Shown: in pieces, positions 1 to 7,593 of the stretch
How the letters are laid out: each line of letters opens with the position of its first letter
Numbering within the stretch: position 1 is the stretch's first letter
Source: Octopus sinensis
Lineage: Eukaryota
Direction: 5' to 3'
Length of the DNA stretch: 8,803 nt
Assembly: GCF_006345805.1 (NCBI RefSeq)
Contig: NW_021828332.1
Location: 1 to 8,803, forward strand
Translations under genes and position numbers: made by a program
Notes under the pieces: model-generated
Databases searched by the model: none
The model's input: only the letters and a program-made list of their open reading frames with translations
Told to the model about the DNA's origin: nothing

Positions 1-424
1 TCCGGCAGTAATAACTACTCCATCTTTTGGAAAGTGCTTCTCAACTTAACATTATCTTTTATTACCTTTTTCTGGAGCTTTGAGATCAAGCCATATATTG
101 CACATAACTTCACTTCACCATTTTAAGCGTGCATTCTACATATACCAGTGGATAGTAAATGTCAGTATCATCGAAGCGGTCAGTGACTGACCTACTGTCT
201 TTTTGAAGTATTTTCTTTTGAATTTTTGTATATATTTGCTGTTGTTTTTGTTGGTATTGTTCTAGTCATGACCGTTCCATCTATTCAGAGAGTTTGTATC
301 AGTATATATTATCGAATGTTCTTTTTGTTAAGACGGTGGTGCGACATTTAGTTGCATTTCTACATGTCTAGCAAGTCAAGTAACCACACCGAGATTTCTA
401 TAGTTTATTGTGTTCGCCACACAT

Positions 425-452
425 TATATATATATATATATATATATATATA
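425..452. repeat. (TA)14 microsatellite
   Basis: Read directly from the sequence. Confidence 0.95.
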
Positions 453-819
453 GCATTCACTATGTGACTGGTCAAGATTTTTGTGACCACCTTAAAACAC
501 CAAACTTTTACTTTCCCTGGCGCTGCTGTGAGCGTCACATTATTTGCATAATGTGAAGAATATACCAGCAGCATTGCTCAAACGACCTTAACATTAGACT
601 CAGAATTCATCCAAGGCTGGGCTACATGCCATACGCCCCAACACAATTCAAGTTCACAAAACATAAATTTAGAGCAACACAACTTCCTTTTCTCAATCCC
701 TGCTCTATTTAACATTATCTGATAACAAAGCAAAGAAGGAATGATCCCAACACTTTCAAATGAATTCAAGGAATTCTAGACAAGCCACCTGTATCTGGAG
801 ATCTCTCAGTCAACAACAG

Positions 820-1376
820 CTCACCACTCGTATGGGCCATGATACCACAAAATTTGTCTTTAAAATGATTAAACAGATCCTATCAGACATGGGTGGGCCA
901 ATCTTTGACCGAAACATATCTAAGTTATATATGTATCTCAATTAATCATCCCGGTTTTAAGGAAGGAAAAAATCGCTGCTAGTGAATTTCCGTCCAGTTT
1001 CGCTGATCTCTCATGTCATCAAAATATTTAAAAGGGTGTTTAGCCCTTTAATGTTTAAACCGGCCATATCCAGCCCAAATATTCTACATATTTTATATTC
1101 AAACTGGCGATATCTAGCCTCTCACACCTAACCTACATTGACATTCTAAAAATAAACAATCACGTCATTGAAACCTCAAAGCTACAAGATAATGCATGAT
1201 TAATTCAAAACAATTTGAGTGAAAAAGCATTACATTTAACAGGGTAATCTGAACACCAAAGGGTTAGATCAAGAATAAATGCTTTCCTAGATAAACATGA
1301 TCTTCTAGATCACAACCACCACAGTTTTCGGGGTGACAGCGATAGCCTAATGCAACTTATACATCTCAGCGACAAC
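820..1376 (+). pseudogene. Decayed non-LTR retrotransposon (CR1/L2-group LINE) ORF2 fragment, N-terminal part of the reverse transcriptase domain, interrupted by a MITE
   Basis: 985-1043 joined to 1268-1376 translates as NFRPVSLISHVIKIFKRVFRSRINAFLDKHDLLDHNHHSFRGDSDSLMQLIHLSDN. This follows the CR1-type pattern NYRPISLTS..KxFE....L..FL....L....QHGFR..RS.L.QL. Upstream, frameshifted IIPV/FKEG (945-966) and GHD..FVFK....IFDRNIS (track ORF 760-945) resemble the GPDG..LK....IFN.SL and IIPIHKGG motifs that precede RT. Family assignment is from recalled motif knowledge. Confidence 0.8.
1044..1263. mobile_element. piggyBac-like non-autonomous MITE (220 bp) with TTAG target-site duplication
   Basis: Termini CCCTTTAATGTTTAAA (1044-1059) and TCTGAACACCAAAGGG (1248-1263) are inverted repeats matching at 12/16. 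TTAG flanks both ends (1040-1043, 1264-1267). Removing the element plus one TTAG restores the RT frame. CCC...GGG ends with a 4-bp TTAA-like TSD are piggyBac hallmarks. Confidence 0.85.
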
Positions 1377-1625
1377 AATGTTCATCTTGAGTCTATAGGC
1401 TCATGAAGCCAGTTTCTTGTATTCAAGAAGGGGAATATATACGTTTATGCGTTACTTTCCCCTGCTAGACGGGAAGCTGGACTGTTGCAAGATTAGTCAT
1501 TTTTGCCAGCTGAAATGAACTGAACTAACGTGTTTTGCACAACACAACGCGTCGTTCGGTCCAGGAATCCAAAGCACAATCTGATGATCCCGAATGCAAC
1601 ACACTAGCCGCTAAACCAAGTGTAT
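1377..1625 (-). mobile_element. tRNA-derived SINE (V/Meta-SINE-like body), decayed
   Basis: The minus strand has an A-box-like TGGTTTAGCGG (1608-1618) and a degenerate B-box CTTTGGATTCC (1564-1574) at tRNA-like spacing. These are followed by TTGTGTT.TGCAAAACAC...TCAGCTGGCAAAAATGA, a V-domain-like segment and an ATGAGCC-type tail. Boundaries are approximate and no TSD is visible. Confidence 0.7.
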
Positions 1626-1631
1626 ATACTA

Positions 1632-1633
<2 letters not shown>

Positions 1634-1707
<74 letters not shown>

Positions 1708-1730
1708 ATATGTATGCATGTATGTATGTA
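1634..1730. repeat. Compound microsatellite (CA)n(TA)n(TATG)n
   Basis: Read directly from the sequence. Confidence 0.95.
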
Positions 1731-2169
1731 ATTAGCCCGAGTTGCTGAATAAGTTTTCGTTCCTTTAAGAATATTGTAGAACGGGAATCTTTCATTGATT
1801 GGAATTTAAATCCTAATCTCTATAGAAATTTATTACTTCAAGAAAACATTGAATTTGAATTACTTCTAATTTTTACGACTATAGATAACAACTCAGGCTG
1901 TAACTTCTGAGCCCGAGTCAGGCGCGTGAGAACGATGTCGAGAGAATGTCTGCTGCAAATGATATTTTATGACACAGCGTACCGCCAGACGCTGAACGAA
2001 AATAAATGAATTGCGACCCGGTTCAATAAAAGAAGCCCGAGTTATTGGCTGAAATTACATACTTGAAGTCAGTGTTAGCAGAAATTAAATCGGCTTGAAA
2101 ATGCACGTTCACTTTACTAAATTCATATCGGACTAAGCTCGAACAGCCCGAGTGCCTGAGTCGCCACTG

Positions 2170-2175
2170 ATATAT

Positions 2176-2228
<53 letters not shown>
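2170..2228. repeat. (TA)n microsatellite, one interruption
   Basis: Read directly from the sequence. Confidence 0.95.
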
Positions 2229-2231
<3 letters not shown>

Positions 2232-2348
2232 CATTATACTCTTACAAGAACAGCGATGATTGAGTTGTGACTTCGGCCAGTTAGCCTTCGTCGGACTGTG
2301 CGATGACGGCCAGAATAAATTGACATTACTTTTCTGGAAGTGGAATAA

Positions 2349-2412
2349 ATACACGCGTGCGCGTATGTGTGCATGCATGCGTGCGTGCATGCGTGCGTGC
2401 ATGCGTGCGTGT
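2349..2412. repeat. Alternating purine-pyrimidine repeat, (GCATGCGTGCGT)~3
   Basis: Read directly from the sequence. Confidence 0.9.
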
Positions 2413-2749
2413 CTTAAGACTCGAGGATAAGAAAAAGGAAGACCAGAGAAAGTCGACAGAATATGAACATTGGATGACATAAAAGATTGCCATCAGTGTA
2501 ATGTAAGCATGCTGCCTGGGTAAGCAAGCTCTCCAAAACATTCAGTGTCGTTACGGTATATAAGTTTTCTAGCACTTGCAGTATCGAGTTAAGATAACGC
2601 TGCAGATAAGTGGTTGCTACCTAGCGTCTAATTCTGAAATGTGTATAACTTCTTAATTTGTCCACCAATCATCAGGTCAGTCTCAATTAAGCAGATACAT
2701 GTTTTAAAAGAGTTTGATTAACATCTTTCTATTTGTCTCGCATATATTT

Positions 2750-2753
2750 TTGT

Positions 2754-2787
<34 letters not shown>

Positions 2788-2871
2788 ATCTGTGTTTGTG
2801 TGTGTGTGTGCGCGTGCGTTCGTGAGTGTGCGCGTTTGTGCGTGCGTGTGTGTGTTTTTGTGTGTGTGTGT
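2750..2871. repeat. Imperfect (TG)n microsatellite
   Basis: Read directly from the sequence. Confidence 0.95.
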
Positions 2872-2873
2872 AA

Positions 2874-3092
2874 TCTTTTATCTTTTCCTTGTTTCAGTCA
2901 TCTGGCTGCGGCCATGCTGGAGCACCGCCTTCAAGGGATTTATATAGTCAAACAAATACACTCCAGGACTTATTTCTTTAAGCATAGTAATTATTCTGTC
3001 GGTCTCTTTTGCCGAACCGCTAATTTACGACATGGTAAAGATACGACTATCAGTTATCAAGCTGTGGCGGGAGACAAACACAGACACAAAGA
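2874..3092 (-). mobile_element. Octopus-type SINE body/3' portion, copy 1
   Basis: Clearly homologous to 7324-7535. Shared blocks include CTTGTTTCAGTCAT, CGGCCATGCTGGAGCACC, GGTCTCTTTTGCCGAA and AAACACAG. An A-rich tail lies on the minus strand at ~2874-2890, and microsatellites flank both sides. Confidence 0.8.
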
Positions 3093-3093
3093 C

Positions 3094-3178
3094 TATATAT
3101 ATGCATACATACATATGTACATATATATATATATAGTGTGTGTGTGTGTGTGTGTATGTGTGTGCGTACGTATGTATA

Positions 3179-3224
<46 letters not shown>

Positions 3225-3332
3225 CATACATATATGTATGTACATATATATATATATAATAACCATACATAATATATATATACCATATACATACATACAT
3301 GCATGCATACATACATACACACATACATACAA

Positions 3333-3378
<46 letters not shown>

Positions 3379-3380
3379 GT

Positions 3381-3414
<34 letters not shown>
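3094..3414. repeat. Compound microsatellite (TA)/(TG)/(CATA)
   Basis: Read directly; it accounts for the track ORFs spanning 2752-3473. Confidence 0.95.
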
Positions 3415-3415
<1 letters not shown>

Positions 3416-3441
3416 GTATTGGGCTAAAAGAGCATATAATA

Positions 3442-3878
3442 TATATTTGAAAAGAGAAAAAGAATGAATTCACTAGTAGTTCTAATCAATTTGATTATTA
3501 TTTAAAAAAATTTTTGATAATATAAATTTTAGTTCATAGATCTAGTAAGTTCTTTGTTAACTTGGGTGTGAAAATTTAAAAAAAAGAAAAATATCTTCTA
3601 GTTAACTTCTTTTGGAGAACAGATCTGAGTATTTGAGGTTATATGAATCTATATATGGGATACTATATATAGATTCCCATATACAGAATCACAAAACCCA
3701 AAATCCTCAGGTCTGTTTGACAACGAATACGAGAAAGTTCTCCGAAGAAGTTAACAAAGTTAACAAAGAACTTACTAAATCCACGAACTAAAATTTATAT
3801 TTCCAAAAAATTAAAAACTAACATATTAAACTCATTAGAACTACCAGTGAAGTAATTCCTTTTCTTTTTTCAAATATA
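3442..3878. repeat. Long spacerless imperfect palindrome (fold-back element / probable MITE)
   Basis: Arms 3442-3667 and 3668-3878 are reverse complements. Evidence: termini TATATTTGAAAA/TTTTCAAATATA, a perfect 21-bp block (3543-3563 vs 3757-3777), inner GTTAACTTCTT..GGAGAAC/GTTCTCC.AAGAAGTTAAC, and centre TATGGGA-TA-CTATATATAG-AT-TCCCATA. Confidence 0.9.
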
Positions 3879-3911
3879 CCTAACTGTACCAAGGATCTCA
3901 CACATTTTCCA

Positions 3912-4275
<364 letters not shown>

Positions 4276-4570
4276 TTGCTGTAGAGGAGGTACATGGTTA
4301 CCCGGACAGAGAGGTGACTAGGAACAGCTTTTCTGATAATTATTTTTATACGTGTGTGTTTTTTTTTCCGACAATTAAGTCTCGTACTCAAAACACTGCA
4401 ACCTCCCATTTCTCCTCTTCCCAATGATTGCGTGTGAAAATGAGATATGCATAGTGCCGTGTCCAATGCAATTGAGTAAGCGAGAGGAAATAAGAACCGA
4501 GCACTAAGGAGGGAGTGGGGTAGCCTGCTAAGTTATCCAGTAGAGTGAGACTCCTCCCCTTCTTCCTTTT

Positions 4571-4672
4571 CTTCTTCTTCTTCTTCTTCTTCTTCTTCTT
4601 CTTCTTCTTCTTCTTCTTCTTCTTCTTCTTCTTCTTCTTCTTCTTCTTCTTCTTCTTCTTCTTCTTCTTCTT
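4571..4672. repeat. (CTT)34 perfect trinucleotide repeat
   Basis: Read directly; it produces the poly-E, poly-R and poly-F pseudo-ORFs. Confidence 0.97.
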
Positions 4673-4826
4673 CTGTCTCCACCTCTGTTTTCATGCATAC
4701 ACACACATCTCGCGCGCGCACGTGTATATGCGAATGCATTCATACGCGCATATATAATTTGTATAATTTGATCGTCAGTATTGAGTGCTCTCTTTACTGC
4801 CTCTGGTCACAATAAAATATTTACTC

Positions 4827-4835
4827 ACACACACA

Positions 4836-4872
<37 letters not shown>

Positions 4873-4893
4873 GCTTATCTTCCTGAATATATC

Positions 4894-4926
<33 letters not shown>

Positions 4927-5082
4927 CATACATACATATAAGTATATCTATATTTATATGTATGTATGTATGTAAGTATGTATGTATGTATGTATGTAAG
5001 TATGTATGTATGTATGTATGTATGTATGTATGTATGTATGTATTCCAATATATGTGTTTGTGTGTGTGTGTGCGTGTGTGTG
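4827..5082. repeat. Microsatellite cluster (CA)n, (TG)n, (TATG)n, (TG)n
   Basis: Read directly from the sequence. Confidence 0.93.
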
Positions 5083-5221
5083 TAAGATCAAAGGATCGAG
5101 GTATTGGAGGAAAATCAGCTTCAAGCAATCTGTAGTAAATTAAAAAAAGAACAACTTTCAGGGACAATAGTGGTTTATTGATACAGAAGGTTGTGGATAT
5201 TTTTTCGTATCGAAGTACGAT

Positions 5222-5500
5222 CAACTGAAAAATGTTCTTTTTTATATTTTACAGCAGGCAACCAGGGTTGCCGAGTCTGTGAATAAGAATACAAGAGTTA
5301 CGGTATGGAGTAGATAAGATCCGGGCTACATACGTTTCATAGCGAGCGGAACTTCAGAAGTGATAAATATCCAAACAAGGTGTATACCACAGGCTACTTT
5401 TCAGGCCAAGGATATCTTGGTAAAATGAAAGTTTACATTGTGACAATGAGGTGCATGTTAACGTATGGAAGATTCAACCACAATGTGTAGAAAGCACAGT
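5222..5500 (+). pseudogene. Possible highly decayed CR1-type ORF2 C-terminal remnant
   Basis: Frameshifted traces QLKNV..QATR (cf. LEKVQRRATR), GLHT (cf. LGLYSLE.RR) and RFNHNV.RKH (cf. RFRLDIRKHFF) occur in the expected order. The match is weak and needs several indels. Confidence 0.3.
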
Positions 5501-5533
5501 AGGAGAGACTATAAATGTAGAGAGAAATAAGTA

Positions 5534-6429
5534 CCGTAAATCCTCGAGTATAATCCGCATTTTTTCCCCAAAATTTAAAGGTCAAAATCCCTAGTGAGTA
5601 TTATATACGAGGTTAAAAATGAAAAATATTTTCTAAGCAATGTCCGAGTCTTTATTTGCTGTCCGGCAATGTTTATTCAGACGCATTTTGTGATGTCGGG
5701 CACGAAAATACCTTAAGCTAAGCCTGAAAGCAATGAAGTCATAAAATAATCATCCATAACATGCAGTGAGCAACATTTATTAAACGTTATTATTATTATT
5801 TCTTTATTTTCTGCAAACAAAATGCACAAAAATGCTACACGTTTGCATTATGTTATACATACATCTCTCTCTATATAAACGGCAGTTTGTCTGTGCGTGT
5901 TTCTGTGTGTCTGTTTGCTTGTACCCTCACCCTGACCACGGCTTTCAACCGATTCTGATGAAACTTGACACACACATAGCCCAATGTCATAATTCAAAAC
6001 TAACGCAGCGAAAATTTTGAAAAGTTCCCCCAGTTCTGAAAAGAATCGATAAATTCGACATGGGGTCGAGAATCAGGAATACGAACCACAAACTGTCTAG
6101 GGGACGCAACTCCACCATTTTTAAATCTCAAAAAAAAATTTACCATCATTTTTTCCATTTTTTTGCTATTTTTTGGCTATAACTCTCTAAAAATGCTTTA
6201 TAGTTATTTCCCTTACAAACCTGAGCAACGCCGGGCGATACTGCTAGTTAATAATAAAGGACGTTACTGTATACAATTTTACAAACCAAGGACGTTATAT
6301 AGACCTCCTTGACTCAAGTTAGAGAAGTGGTGCGTATTATACACAAGGTTTAGGTTTTTCAGAAGTACAGCCCCCTAAAAGTCCCCTGCGTATTATACTG
6401 AAGGGCGGACTATACTCGAGGATTTACGG
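5534..6429. mobile_element. Tc1/mariner-superfamily, Tc2-like non-autonomous element (512 bp without the nested Helitron)
   Basis: 25-bp TIRs CCGTAAATCCTCGAGTATAATCCGC (5534-5558) and GCGGACTATACTCGAGGATTTACGG (6405-6429) match at 24/25. TA TSD at 5532-5533 and 6430-6431. CCGTA termini are typical of Tc2-like elements. A subterminal motif TG.GTATTATA..C.AGG recurs at ~5595, ~6330 and ~6387. Confidence 0.9.
5864..6247 (+). mobile_element. Non-autonomous Helitron (384 bp) nested in the Tc2-like MITE
   Basis: Starts TC (TCTCTCTCTATATAAAC), ends CTAG (6244-6247), and sits between host A5863 and T6248 with no TSD. A GC-rich subterminal hairpin CCTG-A-GC-AAC-GC-CGGG (6220-6235) lies 8 nt before CTAG. 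The internal GTCT/GT simple-repeat tract and AACCGATTCTGATGAAACTTG motif resemble short invertebrate Helitrons. Confidence 0.8.
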
Positions 6430-6637
6430 TATTAAAAGAAAATATAAGGTGAGAGGAATAAGGAATTTAATCAAGGTCATTTGACCGGTAGTATTCAAGA
6501 AGACTGTTTTTGGCTGTGATTATGGCTGAAGTGTTGCCCGAGGAATACACCTCGCTTGCATATTTACCACTTCAGAGGTTCTACGCTCTATGAAACATAT
6601 GTAGCCTGGATCTTATCTACTTCATTCCTTAACTCTT

Positions 6638-6692
6638 GTGTGTGTATATAAACACACACACATATATATCTGTGTGTGTGTGTGTGTGTGTG
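6638..6692. repeat. Short (TG)/(CA)/(TA) microsatellite mix
   Basis: Read directly from the sequence. Confidence 0.85.
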
Positions 6693-6696
6693 CGTG

Positions 6697-6900
6697 CTAA
6701 ATAAATTGAGACAACAAAGCCAAGGGTGTATAGAATTTTCAGGACATTTTTAGAGAGAAAGTTAGTCTTACAGCTGTTCCTGGAATATTAGGGATATCCC
6801 TTCACCAGAGACGATGTGAGATGGTTAAATAGAGGGAAATAGTAGAGTTCAATATAAGAAGTTATTTTGGAAAGGGATGGAAACAAGAAGTATAAAGGGA
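6697..6900 (-). mobile_element. Probable Penelope-like element pseudo-LTR remnant carrying the minus-strand hammerhead
   Basis: Inferred from the hammerhead architecture: minimal type I motifs with a palindromic stem III are characteristic of PLE pLTRs. No RT or GIY-YIG ORF is seen, and boundaries are approximate. Confidence 0.4.
6765..6812 (-). ncRNA. Type I hammerhead ribozyme motif (Penelope-like), degenerate core
   Basis: Minus strand reads GTCT-CTGGTGA-A-GGGATA-tccctaa-TATTCC-A-GGAA-CAGCTG-TA-AGAC. Stem I is GTCT/AGAC, stem II GGGATA/TATTCC, stem III palindromic A-CAGCTG-T, and the cleavage triplet is GUA. The core differs from CUGANGA/GAAA at two positions (A6>G, A13>G). Confidence 0.7.
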
Positions 6901-6971
6901 AATAAGAAAATAAAAGTAAAAATAAAAAATAAGCAAATAAAAATATGTAGGATATATATGAATATATATAT

Positions 6972-7195
6972 GCTGTTGCCGCATTATGTCGTACGCGAAT
7001 GAGAGGATTTGCATCCCCAACGTAGAATTTTTGATGTCCTTGAGGTAGTAGTTGTGCGCGGCTGAAGAAGGCCATAGACACACATCATGCATTGTTATAA
7101 ATCCGTCTAATAAAGGCCCGAAACATATGTACCGCTGAATCCTTGGCATCATGTTTTTATTTTGATTAATTTACTCCACCACCTACACCACCAAA
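6972..7195 (+). mobile_element. Probable Penelope-like element pseudo-LTR remnant carrying the plus-strand hammerhead
   Basis: Relatively CpG-rich unique block between two (AT)-rich tracts, centred on the hammerhead. Boundaries are approximate and the family is inferred only from the ribozyme type. Confidence 0.4.
7058..7135 (+). ncRNA. Type I hammerhead ribozyme motif (Penelope-like), catalytic core intact
   Basis: Sequence reads GCGG-CTGAAGA-A-GGCC-A-TAGAC-(25 nt)-GTCTA-ATAAA-GGCC-C-GAAA-CATATG-TA-CCGC. Stem I is GCGG/CCGC, stem II GGCC/GGCC plus TAGAC/GTCTA, and stem III the palindrome ACATATGT. The triplet is GUA, with predicted cleavage after A7131. Confidence 0.8.
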
Positions 7196-7254
7196 CGGTA
7201 TATACAGGTGCTTACAATTATCAAGTACTCACCCTGAATATATATATATATATA

Positions 7255-7310
7255 AATCGTCCAACCCATGCTAGCATGGAAAGCGGACGTTAAATGATGA
7301 TGATGATGAT
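7255..7310 (+). mobile_element. 5'-truncated 3' tail of a SINE/LINE with (GAT)n end
   Basis: AATCGTCCAACCCATGCTAGCATGGAAAGCGGACGTTAAAT(GAT)5 contains a 14-bp perfect palindrome CCATGCTAGCATGG (7266-7279) before a trinucleotide tail. This is the layout of a LINE-recognised 3' end, and it matches an octopus SINE tail I recall. Confidence 0.7.
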
Positions 7311-7323
7311 ACATATATATATA

Positions 7324-7535
7324 TTCTTTATTCTTTTACTTGTTTCAGTCATTTGACTTCGGCCATGCTGGAGCACCACCTTTAGTCGAGAAAATCGATC
7401 CCAGGCCTTATTTTTTTGTAAGCCTAGTACTTATTTTATAGGTCTCTTTTGCCGAAGCACTAAGTTACGGGGACGTAAACACACCAGCATCGATTGTCAA
7501 GTGATGTTGGGGGGGGGGGGGAAACACAGGCACAC
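7324..7535 (-). mobile_element. Octopus-type SINE body/3' portion, copy 2
   Basis: Second copy of the 2874-3092 repeat in the same orientation. It lacks the ~10-nt segment present in copy 1 after GCACCGCCTT and has an expanded G13 run (7509-7521). Confidence 0.8.
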
Positions 7536-7542
7536 CAACAAG

Positions 7543-7562
7543 CACACACACACACACACATG

Positions 7563-7592
<30 letters not shown>
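7543..7592. repeat. (CA)n(TA)n microsatellite at the end of the SINE
   Basis: Read directly from the sequence. Confidence 0.9.

Positions 7593-7593
<1 letters not shown>

Noticed and set aside
178-192. Palindrome GGTCAGT-G-ACTGACC
   Set aside because: A single 7-bp-arm palindrome with no supporting context.
536-555. CACATTA-TTTGCA-TAATGTG inverted repeat containing octamer ATTTGCAT (second octamer at 7007-7014)
   Set aside because: Octamers and 7-bp stems are expected by chance in AT-rich DNA of this length, and there is no promoter or snRNA context.
1734-2153. CRISPR-like reading of the AGCCCGAGT repeats
   Set aside because: The repeat is only 9 bp, the spacers are 100-170 bp and irregular, the context is eukaryotic and there are no cas genes.
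2420-2510. RPEK..LDDIKD, resembling an RTE ORF C-terminus (GRP..WLDDIK)
   Set aside because: Too short, with a stop codon and frameshifts; cannot be told from chance by eye.
5235-5308. Candidate 48-nt exon (TTTTACAG acceptor at 5254, ACG|GTATGG donor at 5302)
   Set aside because: The peptide is unrecognisable, no partner exons are evident, and the region is equally explained as decayed LINE sequence. It needs RNA-seq junction support.
5954-5966. CTGATGAAAC inside the Helitron
   Set aside because: There is no room for stem II; it is part of the Helitron internal motif.
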